Source of the DNA: an uncultured Ignavibacteriales bacterium | GTDB lineage: Bacteria > Zixibacteria > MSB-5A5 > GN15 > FEB-12 | NCBI GenBank assembly: GCA_964518635.1 | Contig: CAZFGK010000016.1 | Coordinates: 2,943-66,942 of the forward strand | DNA length: 64,000 bases | Direction: 5' to 3' | Shown here: piece by piece, positions 30,809 to 39,979 of the stretch | Position numbering within the stretch: the stretch's first letter is position 1 | Layout: the number at the start of each line of letters is the position of its first letter | Program-made: the position numbers and the translations under genes | Notes under the pieces: model-generated | The model's input: only the letters and a program-made list of their open reading frames with translations | Told to the model about the DNA's origin: nothing | Database searches by the model: none

Positions 30809-31480
30809 ATGACTACATTACGAAAAAATATCGCACTCCTGGCACTCGTCGTTGCCGGAGTCATTGGTTGGGCATCATCTGCGGATGCAGTTGTTCGCGG
30901 GGCACGTCAGACTGGCTACTTCGAGTTTTCTGTAGGTGGCAGTTCTCCGATTCATGAGTATGACCGACTCGGTCAATTCATCTTCGTTGATCAGAATGAC
31001 CGGCCAACATTTCTCACGGCGAGTGATGTCTTCGATCCGACCTGGACCATCGGGCTTGGATTCGGGCAGCTCATCAACGATCAGTACACTTTCGGCGTCA
31101 ATTTCCGGTATGCGCATGTCGAGCTTGACCGATTCGCGGAGCAGTTTATTACCGAAGACTATCGCTACAATCTCTATGAGATTGGCGCCGATCTGAATCT
31201 CTACTTACTGCCACATAGCAAAGCATCGCTGGCGCCCTATGTCGGGGCTGGATTGTCGGTCGGGGCTTTTTCAGAATCTGCCCCCGGCGAGGATGCGAAT
31301 GCAGAATTGGTAGGTGATCTTCATCTAAATTTCGGGGCAGATTTGGCGGTGATCGATGAGGCCTCAACCGGAGGTCGGATGACACTCTCGTCGATCAATT
31401 CAGTTTCGATCGGTTCTCTGAATGATCGCCCTCGGTATCTGACTATCGGTGTCGGTATTCGCTATTTCCTGCCGAGGTAG
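30809..31480 (+). CDS. Outer-membrane beta-barrel protein (OmpA/OmpW-like)
   Basis: GAAGGAGA RBS, signal peptide, LAPYVGAGL strand, C-terminal IGVGIRYF. Confidence 0.75.
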   Translation: MTTLRKNIALLALVVAGVIGWASSADAVVRGARQTGYFEFSVGGSSPIHEYDRLGQFIFVDQNDRPTFLTASDVFDPTWTIGLGFGQLINDQYTFGVNFRYAHVELDRFAEQFITEDYRYNLYEIGADLNLYLLPHSKASLAPYVGAGLSVGAFSESAPGEDANAELVGDLHLNFGADLAVIDEASTGGRMTLSSINSVSIGSLNDRPRYLTIGVGIRYFLPR

Positions 31481-31488
31481 GGGTTCTG

Positions 31489-32325
31489 TTGAAGCCAAAA
31501 ATACTTCGGGATGAATATCCAAGCATTCGAAAGGCATTTGAGAGTTTAGGCGAGGTTCGAGGGCAGGTCTGGAAGGCACTTGAATCCAAATCAAGTGACG
31601 ATCCTAGACTCTTCGTTTACTTCCAAGCAGAGTTTCTTCGAGTTAACGACTTCTGCAAGGCCATACAGATGCTTTCAGACGATCTGAGGAGTGAACCGGC
31701 ATCGGTTTTGTGTAGATCTTTGCTTGAAGTAGTTTGGCACATGAACTTCATACTCACCAGTCAAAACCCTACTGCTGTGTGTCTATCTCTCAATGTCAAA
31801 TCAATAAAGGAACTACTAAAGCAACACGACTCTAAGTCATTCAAGTCTGGCGTCGGAAAACCGTTGAGTGATGATCCTGAAGAATTGAGAAGTCTTTTGG
31901 GCGAATTGAAAAGTGAATTGAGAGATATAGAGGAGCCTGGGAGTGACCAAGACATCGGTTCAATTTCTGTTGAAAGAATTTGTCAAATATTGGATGAACG
32001 TATGTCTGCTAATGCTGGTGAAAAGACTACGAGGACTCAGCAAGAGTATGATCGCCATTATCGAAACTGGTCTCAGCCCACTCATGGTTTGATTTTGGGA
32101 GTCAGAAATTATTTCAAGAAGGATGGAAGTTTCTACGATCCCAGAAGTGAAGAGGCGATCTCCAGGTCGTTATTTACGGCCCTGGCGACCTTAGAATTCT
32201 CTCTCAGGTTTATGGGCTTGGGCAATGATTACTTCAAGCTGGGACAAGAAGAACTCATCCGAAGTGAGTTTCAGAACTATTCTGTGCTGCTGGGGGAGTT
32301 TGAACAGAGATTCAATTGGTCCTAA
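31489..32325 (+). CDS. Hypothetical protein, DUF5677-like
   Basis: 278-aa ORF with A.VLCRSLLE and Y..HYRNWSQPTHG motifs resembling DUF5677/HEPN-like helical proteins; AT-richer than the flanks; TTG start. Confidence 0.5.
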   Translation: MKPKILRDEYPSIRKAFESLGEVRGQVWKALESKSSDDPRLFVYFQAEFLRVNDFCKAIQMLSDDLRSEPASVLCRSLLEVVWHMNFILTSQNPTAVCLSLNVKSIKELLKQHDSKSFKSGVGKPLSDDPEELRSLLGELKSELRDIEEPGSDQDIGSISVERICQILDERMSANAGEKTTRTQQEYDRHYRNWSQPTHGLILGVRNYFKKDGSFYDPRSEEAISRSLFTALATLEFSLRFMGLGNDYFKLGQEELIRSEFQNYSVLLGEFEQRFNWS

Positions 32326-32359
32326 GATTCGCACTCGTAGGGACTCTAGCCCCCCCACA

Positions 32360-32394
32360 AACAGAAACCGGGTCCTCTTGCGAGAACCCGGTCG
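32360..32394 (-). terminator. Intrinsic terminator of the minus-strand small transcript
   Basis: Reverse complement: accgggttctc-gcaa-gaggacccggt followed by ttctgttt. Confidence 0.7.
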
Positions 32395-32446
32395 GTGATT
32401 CTGTGTGGATTTATCCAGGGTGAACTGGAGGGATCCAGATCGACCG

Positions 32447-32485
32447 CTAGATAGCAGTCACCTCACGTAAGTCGCGTTTCATCAT
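32447..32485 (-). CDS. Putative 12-aa micropeptide MMKRDLREVTAI
   Basis: ATG ATG AAA CGC GAC TTA CGT GAG GTG ACT GCT ATC TAG, downstream of a very strong SD (13-nt spacing, rather long). Confidence 0.35.
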   Translation of the reverse strand: MMKRDLREVTAI

Positions 32486-32519
32486 ATAAACTGGACCACC
32501 TCCTTTCGAGTGTACCGTA

Positions 32520-32547
32520 ATTATATTGAGTTGAATAATTTTGCCAA
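32520..32547 (-). promoter_or_regulatory. Sigma70-like promoter of the small transcript
   Basis: Reverse complement: TTGGCA-16-TATAAT with an AT-rich spacer. Confidence 0.65.
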
Positions 32548-32747
32548 GCAAAAAAATAGGGGGATCAGAGGCTTCATCCGGAAGCCCCCCATTTTGTATA
32601 ACCCTTGGACAGTTACGCAAGCCCAGCCAACGGACAGGGAGATTCTCGTCCCCGTCCCGTGACTGTTCTTGTTTACTGACGATGGCTGAACACCTATACT
32701 TTTTTGGTTAATGAATCACTCACCCAGATTTGATTGGAACTGAACAG

Positions 32748-33428
32748 ATGGCTCTCTCGATTTCAGAATTTGCTCACTCACTTTCCAGTGCCGGCGGCGC
32801 AGCTCTGACCCTCGGTATTCTTCTTCTTGCCTGCGCTCAAGGGGATATTTCGGCCACCGACGGCCCTCGCCCAGCCAGACCAGCCGTCGCCTATGGCGAC
32901 ACTTCAAAAGCGGCAGCCGACTATGTCATGCCGATGCGTAACGCCAAAAACAAGATCGTCACTCTCGAAACCAGTTTCGGCAACATGACCATCGAACTCT
33001 TTCATGACCTCGCCCCGAATCATGCTGATTCATTTTATGCCCGCGTGCTCGACGGATTCTACTCGAAACAGATTTTTCACCGCATCATCCCGGGTTTCAT
33101 GATGCAGGGGGGAGACCCGAAGGGGACCGGTCAGGGGGGCGCGAACTACACCCTGAAAGCTGAATTCTCGAAAGAGCCGCATGTCGCGGGAACTCTCTCC
33201 ATGGCTCGCACAAATGATCCGAATTCTGCCTCGACGCAGTTTTTTGTCTGCTTCAACGATGCCCCGCATCTCAATGAGCAGTACACGGTGTTTGGACATC
33301 TGCTGAAAGGGTACGACGTTCTCTACAAGATCGAAAAGTATGCAGGGTCGCCGAATGTCAAGACCGATCCGCCGAAGCTGATCAATTCGTTTGTATCCGA
33401 TGCAAGCGGAAAGCCGAAGAAGGGTTGA
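32748..33428 (+). CDS. Cyclophilin-type peptidyl-prolyl isomerase, probably a lipoprotein
   Basis: FHRIIPGFMMQGGDP.GTG.GG, LSMART.DPNSASTQFF, HLN.QYTVFG; LLAC lipobox. Confidence 0.93.
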   Translation: MALSISEFAHSLSSAGGAALTLGILLLACAQGDISATDGPRPARPAVAYGDTSKAAADYVMPMRNAKNKIVTLETSFGNMTIELFHDLAPNHADSFYARVLDGFYSKQIFHRIIPGFMMQGGDPKGTGQGGANYTLKAEFSKEPHVAGTLSMARTNDPNSASTQFFVCFNDAPHLNEQYTVFGHLLKGYDVLYKIEKYAGSPNVKTDPPKLINSFVSDASGKPKKG

Positions 33429-33555
33429 TCGAAGTCAATTCGCAACTCACCGAGCATCCTAAGTATTCTGACACTGCTCACGCGTGCATAACCAGCGCGT
33501 GAGCAGTGCTGTTCTTTCAACTTCACCTTCTCTCAGCAAAGAAACTCGTTCAAGC

Positions 33556-34767
33556 ATGAGCACTCCTTCAGCGCAACTCGTCCCGACAACAGGGAGGAGA
33601 TTCACTCGTCTCCGACGTATTGTGCTGCTTGGTTCGACCGGCTCTATCGGAACGCAGACTCTTGATGTTATTTCTAGAAATTCTGAGCACTGCGAGTTGC
33701 TGGCGATTTCATCACACTCAAATGAGATTCTCCTCGCCGAACAGGTCAGACGATTTCGACCGAAGTTTGTAGGCATCGTCGATCAATCATCCGGTAATCG
33801 TCTACGCGCTTTGCTTGGTGGAGTGAAAGTCGAAATCCTGGTCGGGACTTCATGTCTGACAGAATTGGCAGCACTTTCCGACGCGGATATTATTGTCAAT
33901 GCGGTTGTCGGATCAGCAGGTCTTGCAGCTTCATTGCAAGCAGTCGAACAGGGTAAGATCCTCGCCCTTGCCAACAAGGAATCCCTCGTCGCAGGTGGGG
34001 GACTCTTTGCGCCGATTTGCCAGAAGACAGGGGCGGTTGTCCATCCCATCGACTCAGAACACTCCGCGCTCTGGCAGGCACTGCAGGGGAATGATCCGGC
34101 GAGTATCAAATCGCTGATCCTGACTGCTTCCGGCGGGCCATTCCGGACAATTTCGAAAGATCAGCTACAAGACGTGACTGTCGAGGAGGCACTCTCTCAC
34201 CCGACCTGGCGAATGGGACCAAAAGTGACCATCGATTCGGCAACCCTTGCCAACAAAGGGCTGGAGATCATTGAAGCGGTCATGCTTTTTGGTCTGCCGC
34301 GGAAAAAAGTGCAGGTAGTGGTTCATCCGCAGTCGATTGTCCACTCCATGATTGAGTTTGCTGATTCCTCGGTCATGGCGCAGCTTTCCACCCCTGATAT
34401 GCGTCTCCCTATTTCATATGCCTTATCCTATCCGGATCGCTGGGCTGGTCAGCCGGGAACAATTGAGTGGTCGAAGCTGTCTACTCTTACATTCGAGATG
34501 CCCGACACTAAGCGATTCCCCTGTTTGCAGCTTGCCATGGATGCCGCCGATGACCTCGGCACCGCTCCGGCGATTTTTAATGCTGCCAATGAATCAGCGG
34601 TGGCGGCGTTTCTGGAGCGATCCATTTCATTTGTGCAGATTCCTGAGGTCATCGCCCGGGTTCGGGAGCAGATGACAATAGAAAAATTAGATTCTCTGGA
34701 TGATATTCTTCTCGCCGACCAACAATCGAGGCAGTTTGCCCGTACAGTGATTGAGAAACTTCCATGA
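33556..34767 (+). CDS. dxr: 1-deoxy-D-xylulose 5-phosphate reductoisomerase
   Basis: LGSTGSIG, LANKESLV, PIDSEHSA, LTASGGPF, HPTWRMGPKVTIDSAT. Confidence 0.97.
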   Translation: MSTPSAQLVPTTGRRFTRLRRIVLLGSTGSIGTQTLDVISRNSEHCELLAISSHSNEILLAEQVRRFRPKFVGIVDQSSGNRLRALLGGVKVEILVGTSCLTELAALSDADIIVNAVVGSAGLAASLQAVEQGKILALANKESLVAGGGLFAPICQKTGAVVHPIDSEHSALWQALQGNDPASIKSLILTASGGPFRTISKDQLQDVTVEEALSHPTWRMGPKVTIDSATLANKGLEIIEAVMLFGLPRKKVQVVVHPQSIVHSMIEFADSSVMAQLSTPDMRLPISYALSYPDRWAGQPGTIEWSKLSTLTFEMPDTKRFPCLQLAMDAADDLGTAPAIFNAANESAVAAFLERSISFVQIPEVIARVREQMTIEKLDSLDDILLADQQSRQFARTVIEKLP

Positions 34768-35885
34768 CAACTATTCTCGCGTTTGTATTCGTCTTAGGTG
34801 TGCTCGTGTTTGTTCATGAGCTGGGGCATTTTCTTGTTGCGAAATGGGCAGGAATCAAGGTCGAGCGTTTCGCGCTCGGTTTCCCCCCTTTCATTTACAG
34901 CAAGACCGTCGGCGAGACTGCATACAGCATCGGAATAATCCCGCTTGGTGGTTTTGTAAAAATGCTGGGTGAAAATCCGGACGAAGAGGTGCCTGACCCC
35001 AAAGACCCGAAAGCTGAAAAGACCGAAGTCGTTCCACCTGATCCAAACGACATCGGTCGTAGTTTCATGGACAAGTCGGTCGCCAAACGAGCGGCGGTGA
35101 TTATTGCCGGACCGCTGATGAACTATGTCCTCGCCATACTTGTCCTGATTGGGCTGTATACTTTTGCCGGAAGACCAATTGTCGACGAAACAAAAATCGT
35201 CCTCGGTGAAGTTTCGACAGATAGTCCCGCCTCACGAGGCGGACTCATGGCTGGTGATCAGATAGTTTCAATCAATGGTAAACAGGTCACGTCGTATGAT
35301 TCTCTTCGTGCCGTGATTTCAGCCAACCCGGGAACTTCGGTTGAACTTGAGTGGCTGCGCGGGAGCGAAGTCTTAACTGGCAGCATCGTGCCATTGGGTG
35401 AACCGGTTCCGAATGAAAAGGGGACGATAGACACCGTCGGTAGAATCGGAATCGCCCAGAAGATTGACCGGTATGAAAGTTATCCATTTACCGAAGCCGT
35501 GGCGATGGGCTTTACGACGACTCATGAACTGATCGGGCAAACCGTTCTTTTTGTGAAGCGGCTGATTTTTGGTGAGGTCAGTACCAACATGCTCGGTGGA
35601 CCTATATTTATTGCCAAAGAGTCGGGGAATCAGGCCAAGAAAGGGCTCCCGTCCCTCTTGTTCTTCATGGCCCTTCTCTCGATCAATCTGGCAGTCCTGA
35701 ATGTTCTGCCAATTCCGGTGCTCGATGGCGGACATCTCATTTTTCTGGCAATTGAAGCGATCAAGGGTTCCCCAGTGAATGCAAAAGGGCGACTCCTTGC
35801 TCAGCAGATCGGCATGGGGCTGTTGCTCATTCTGATTGTCATGGTGACCTACAACGATATCTTACGGATGATTCGCGGCTACTAG
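34764..35885 (+). CDS. rseP: RIP metalloprotease RseP (M50 with PDZ domain)
   Basis: HELGH, IPLGGFVKM, AGP..N, PDZ domain, NVLPIPVLDGGH. Confidence 0.95.
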   Translation: MTTILAFVFVLGVLVFVHELGHFLVAKWAGIKVERFALGFPPFIYSKTVGETAYSIGIIPLGGFVKMLGENPDEEVPDPKDPKAEKTEVVPPDPNDIGRSFMDKSVAKRAAVIIAGPLMNYVLAILVLIGLYTFAGRPIVDETKIVLGEVSTDSPASRGGLMAGDQIVSINGKQVTSYDSLRAVISANPGTSVELEWLRGSEVLTGSIVPLGEPVPNEKGTIDTVGRIGIAQKIDRYESYPFTEAVAMGFTTTHELIGQTVLFVKRLIFGEVSTNMLGGPIFIAKESGNQAKKGLPSLLFFMALLSINLAVLNVLPIPVLDGGHLIFLAIEAIKGSPVNAKGRLLAQQIGMGLLLILIVMVTYNDILRMIRGY

Positions 35886-35950
35886 GGTCGCGTCTGAGCT
35901 GGCAGGAGTATCCGGTGAACTTATCGGGGATACTGCCGTAGAAAGGGAAT

Positions 35951-36715
35951 ATGGCCACGCCGACCACTCGTACAAAATCTGATCCTGAGCTTACCTCCCG
36001 ACCAATGGGGGTGACCGGATTTATCTGGGATATTATCAAAAATTACGGACTAGCGTTGCTGGTCGCGTTGGTCGTGAAGACTTCGGTGGTTGAGGCGTAC
36101 AAGATTCCGTCGTCGTCGATGGAAGACACGTTGCTGGTTGGGGATTTTCTACTGGCCAACAAATTTATCTACGGAGCTGAGATTCTCTTTACCAAGTGGA
36201 AACTGCCGGCAGTGCGCGATCCAAAAGCGGGGGATGTGGTCATCTTCATCTTCCCTGATGATGGTGTCACCAAGTACATCAAGCGATGCGTGGCGGTCGG
36301 CGGTGATACCGTCGAAATCAGAAACAGTCAGCTCTATGTCAACGGAGTGATTTCAGATAATCCGGAGCGGGCGAAATTCATTGATGCCCAACGTCAGAAC
36401 GAGCAAGCATTTGTTCCTGATCGTCGCGGAACGGGTCGAGATAACTTTGGGCCATATGTGATTCCAGCGAATACTTTTTTCATGATGGGGGACAACCGGG
36501 ACAACTCCTACGACTCCCGCTTCTGGGGAACCGTACCGCGTGCCAATGTCCTCGGTATGGCGATGGCCGTCCATTGGTCATGGAACGAAGGGGAACACAA
36601 CTCTCCCCCTGTTTCATTGACTGATCCACTTTCTGTACCGCGCTTGTTTTTGTTTAACGCCGTTCACTTTATTGAGAAAGTCAGATGGGATCGACTCTTC
36701 AGACCAATCAACTGA
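35951..36715 (+). CDS. lepB: Signal peptidase I
   Basis: IPSSSMEDTL.GD, YIKRC, MGDNRDNS.DSRFWG. Confidence 0.95.
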   Translation: MATPTTRTKSDPELTSRPMGVTGFIWDIIKNYGLALLVALVVKTSVVEAYKIPSSSMEDTLLVGDFLLANKFIYGAEILFTKWKLPAVRDPKAGDVVIFIFPDDGVTKYIKRCVAVGGDTVEIRNSQLYVNGVISDNPERAKFIDAQRQNEQAFVPDRRGTGRDNFGPYVIPANTFFMMGDNRDNSYDSRFWGTVPRANVLGMAMAVHWSWNEGEHNSPPVSLTDPLSVPRLFLFNAVHFIEKVRWDRLFRPIN

Positions 36716-37464
36716 GCATTTCTCATGGTAGACTGATTTCCACTCTGTCATTTATGACGGCAGTGGGTTTCTGTTTTTTTCTGACGTTCTCCTCTGTGAG
36801 TGCGGCTCCAAAGGCAAAAGTAAGTAAAGACACCTTTGATTTCGGGCTAGTTGGTCAGCGGGCATTGTGTACGCGTAATTTTTGGGTCAAGAATCCGGGG
36901 ACAGAACCACTCAAGGTCTCCCGTATCGATGCCGGTTGCAGCTGCACGCAGATCCCGATGCCTGATTCACTGATCCGCCCCGGCGACAGTATCCCTCTCG
37001 GGATTACTTTTTCTTCGGGTAATTTTCTTGGAATCATTTCGAAACGTCCGAAGTTCTGGATCGAAGGGGACAGCACCGAGTACGTCCTGAAAATCTACGC
37101 CAATGTCACCAGAGACACGGCCCTCTTTCGACCGATTCTGCCAACTCCATTCCAGGTTGATATTTCGCAATTCGGAACGAAGGAACGCCGCAAAGCGAGC
37201 TTCACATTGACCAACCTGACAAATTTGCAATACAAGATTACTGTCGCTGACAATAATGGAAAATCTGTGACAGTCTCTGTTCCGAAGACGATCCCTCCGA
37301 TGGGGAAAGTTGAATGCACGCTGACCGTCACGCCTCAGGCATTAGCGACTGATTTCAAAGAGTCGATCACTCTCTCTTTCGATGATCCGGACGCCACCAA
37401 GCTGACTATTCCGTATCGTCGGCTCTACCGTCCGAATGCCGCACCGGGGACATCAAGCAAGTAG
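36685..37464 (+). CDS. DUF1573 / Ig-like secreted protein
   Basis: FDFG, F.VKN.G.EPL.V....AGCSCT, I.PG.S; start uncertain (possibly 36754). Confidence 0.7.
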   Translation: MGSTLQTNQLSISHGRLISTLSFMTAVGFCFFLTFSSVSAAPKAKVSKDTFDFGLVGQRALCTRNFWVKNPGTEPLKVSRIDAGCSCTQIPMPDSLIRPGDSIPLGITFSSGNFLGIISKRPKFWIEGDSTEYVLKIYANVTRDTALFRPILPTPFQVDISQFGTKERRKASFTLTNLTNLQYKITVADNNGKSVTVSVPKTIPPMGKVECTLTVTPQALATDFKESITLSFDDPDATKLTIPYRRLYRPNAAPGTSSK

Positions 37465-37548
37465 TCCCTGGTTTTGTCTGATCACCTCAGACATTTCTTT
37501 ATAATAGTTTAGAGTTTCCGTTCTCATCCAATTTCCGTTCTTTCCTGC

Positions 37549-38196
37549 ATGCTGCTCGTGCATGGTCAATCACTCGCCCGAAAATTTGGCCGGCGAGAAC
37601 TGTTTGCTAATCTTGATCTCAGCTTTCAGACGGGAGAGGTGCTGGGAGTTACCGGCGGAAATGGCTCCGGTAAATCAACTCTGTCGATGATCCTGCTTGG
37701 GCAATTGCGTCCAACGAAAGGCACCATCCAATGGGAGCTTGATGGCCGAGCATTATCCTACGACGAACGTCGTGCGGTGAGCTGGATAGTCGCGCCGTAC
37801 TCTCATTGGTACGAACCCCTCACTGCAGATGAAAACCTCCGTTTTCTGACTGAAGTGACCGGTCGTCATTTTGACGGTCGCGCGGTGCAATCTGCACTTG
37901 AGCAGGTTGGTCTGGGTGGACGAGGAAGTGATCTGGTGCGAACCTATTCCTCCGGCATGAAACAGCGACTCAAGCTGGCAGCGATTGAAATTCTCCGTCC
38001 GGCACTTCTCATTCTTGATGAACCGGGGAGTACCCTCGATCAGGACGGTCATGCACTCATTAAATCTCGCCTGAGCAGTTGGCGCGATTTTGCGGCGATT
38101 GCACTTGCGACGAATGATGAACGGGAAGTTGCTCTGAGCGACAGACAGATTCATCTGCTTTCTTCATCCGCCCATGAATTCAGAGGGAAGGGATGA
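37549..38196 (+). CDS. ccmA: Heme exporter ATP-binding protein
   Basis: GGNGSGKST, YSSGMKQRL, LILDEP; directly upstream of ccmB. Confidence 0.8.
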   Translation: MLLVHGQSLARKFGRRELFANLDLSFQTGEVLGVTGGNGSGKSTLSMILLGQLRPTKGTIQWELDGRALSYDERRAVSWIVAPYSHWYEPLTADENLRFLTEVTGRHFDGRAVQSALEQVGLGGRGSDLVRTYSSGMKQRLKLAAIEILRPALLILDEPGSTLDQDGHALIKSRLSSWRDFAAIALATNDEREVALSDRQIHLLSSSAHEFRGKG

Positions 38197-38870
38197 TCAG
38201 TTCGGCCTGGGCAGTGTTCCAGAAGGATCTGCTTCTCGAATTACGTTCAAAAGTAGCGGTCAATACGGTGCTGCTTTTTGGAGTTGTCTCGCTGGTGGTA
38301 GTTTCATTTTCGATTGGTGCCGAGGATTTAACTCCGACGGTGCAGGCGTCGTTACTCTGGGTCGTTCTGTTATTCAGCGCGATCACTTCACTGTCACTGC
38401 TGTTTGTTCGTGAAGAGGACAGTGGGACGGCATTAATCTTACGAGTCGTGGCACCGGCGCAGTCGGTATTTCTAGGGAAATTCTGGCTTAATCTGCTTCT
38501 GTTTTTCATCCAGTTTCTGGTTCTTGTTCCGCTCTACCATGTTTTTCTCAAGCCGACGGTCGCATCGCTTCCGTTGTATCTGCTGATTCTTTTTCTTGGG
38601 CTGGGATGTATCACCATCGCGTGTACATTTGCGGCAGCCCTTGTCGCGCGGGCTGCGTCACGAGGGGCACTCTTTGGGGTGATGAGTCTGCCGATCATGA
38701 TCGTCCCGCTCTGGTCACTCACCGGTGGCACCACAAGATTGTTCAACAAGGAATTACCCGCCGCGGAGCTTTTCGCTGCATTGGCCCCCTACCTGCAGGT
38801 TTTGACTGCTTATCTGGTTGTGATGGTCACTCTCGCTTTCCTGTTGTTTCCTCACTTGTGGGATGACTAA
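38193..38870 (+). CDS. ccmB: Heme exporter permease
   Basis: KDLLLELRSK, LLWV..LFS, F.REEDSGT, FLGK, LPIMIVP. Confidence 0.88.
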   Translation: MISSAWAVFQKDLLLELRSKVAVNTVLLFGVVSLVVVSFSIGAEDLTPTVQASLLWVVLLFSAITSLSLLFVREEDSGTALILRVVAPAQSVFLGKFWLNLLLFFIQFLVLVPLYHVFLKPTVASLPLYLLILFLGLGCITIACTFAAALVARAASRGALFGVMSLPIMIVPLWSLTGGTTRLFNKELPAAELFAALAPYLQVLTAYLVVMVTLAFLLFPHLWDD

Positions 38871-38877
38871 TTACGGT

Positions 38878-38988
38878 ATGGATGGAAACTACATTGCTCT
38901 CGCGGTTACTCTTGTGGTCTGGATTGGGATCTTTTTCTATCTGCGTCGACTCGATAAACGACTGAAAGAGATCGAAAAACGTCGCTAG
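38878..38988 (+). CDS. ccmD: CcmD-family small membrane protein (36 aa)
   Basis: MDGNYIALAVTLVVWIGIFFYLRRLDKRLKEIEKRR: single TM helix plus basic tail, 7 nt after ccmB; below the ORF-track cutoff. Confidence 0.75.
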   Translation: MDGNYIALAVTLVVWIGIFFYLRRLDKRLKEIEKRR

Positions 38989-39084
38989 TCTCGCGGCTAC
39001 CGACGGTTAGTATCCTCCCTCATCCCGGATTCGTCAGCTGAAATAGGACTGAATCTCTCAGACACTGACGTCGATACTAGGGGT

Positions 39085-39954
39085 ATGTTCCCTCCTGTAT
39101 TGTTACGTCCTCTAATCCATGTCACTCCAGTAAGCATTATTGCATTTTTTCTTTCTGTACTCCCGCTGCTAAATCCTGCGAAGGCCGGTTCTGTCAGTTT
39201 TGATCCATCTGATGGAATATTGCTTGTTGATGTCGTCGTGAATGGTCATATCGAGGCACGCTTCGGGCTCGATAGTGGGGCGGATGATCTTTATATCGAC
39301 TCTTCATTTGCAGCCGCGAACGACATATTTCCATCAAGCGGAAGTCGTCCGTTCTCTGTGACCGGAATCGGGACCAAAGTCATTGCCCGTTCGGTGACTT
39401 TGCGTTCAATTTCCGTTGCGGATGAAGGGCTCTATAATCTGAGTGGGGCAATCGTTGATCTTGCGGGGATTTCACAGCTTCCTCATGGAGAGCAACCAGA
39501 CGGTCTAATCGGATTTCCTGCATTGAATGATTTCGTACTGACCGTCGATTATGCCAGCCATAAGGTCTCACTCGATCAATCTTGGCCTGATGATCTCACT
39601 GCCGATCCGATTGAAATTGAATTCACTCAAATGAATCATTGGATTTCGCTACGAGAAGAGGCAACCGAGAGTTGGTTTCTTCTCGACCTGTGCGCATCAC
39701 ATTCGTTGATTACTCAGGATGCGGTCGCTGAATTGCAGCTTCAGTTTTCAGGTGATAAAGTGCAGGTGGCCGATCTCACCCTCGCTGAGGGCTGGAATCT
39801 CGGACCGCTGAGTATGTGGTTGATGCCGACAGCAACTCTTTCAGCCCTTCGACCGAATGTCAAAGTTGGCGGCTTACTGGGTCAGAATGCACTCGACGGG
39901 CTGCGTATATCAATTGACTACGACCGCCGAATCATACGCATCGAGCGGCCGTAG
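39085..39954 (+). CDS. Secreted retropepsin-like aspartyl protease (two lobes)
   Basis: V.VNG....F.LDSGA and DGLIG...L..F..TVDY; second lobe FLLDLCA and GGLLG..AL...RISIDY. Confidence 0.75.
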   Translation: MFPPVLLRPLIHVTPVSIIAFFLSVLPLLNPAKAGSVSFDPSDGILLVDVVVNGHIEARFGLDSGADDLYIDSSFAAANDIFPSSGSRPFSVTGIGTKVIARSVTLRSISVADEGLYNLSGAIVDLAGISQLPHGEQPDGLIGFPALNDFVLTVDYASHKVSLDQSWPDDLTADPIEIEFTQMNHWISLREEATESWFLLDLCASHSLITQDAVAELQLQFSGDKVQVADLTLAEGWNLGPLSMWLMPTATLSALRPNVKVGGLLGQNALDGLRISIDYDRRIIRIERP

Positions 39955-39979
39955 TCATACTTTCAGAACTGCTTCTTCT

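Larger units (their letters stand above)
32360..32514 (-). ncRNA. Putative small RNA or micropeptide mRNA of about 150 nt with extended 16S 3'-tail complementarity
   Basis: Flanked by its own promoter and terminator; contains GAAAGGAGGTGGTCCAG and several internal hairpins. Confidence 0.55.

Noticed and set aside
32491-32507. 16S rRNA gene remnant on the + strand (CTGGACCACCTCCTTTC)
   Set aside because: The flanks do not resemble 16S (no GTAACAAGG or helix-45 sequence upstream), and the promoter and terminator point to the minus strand.
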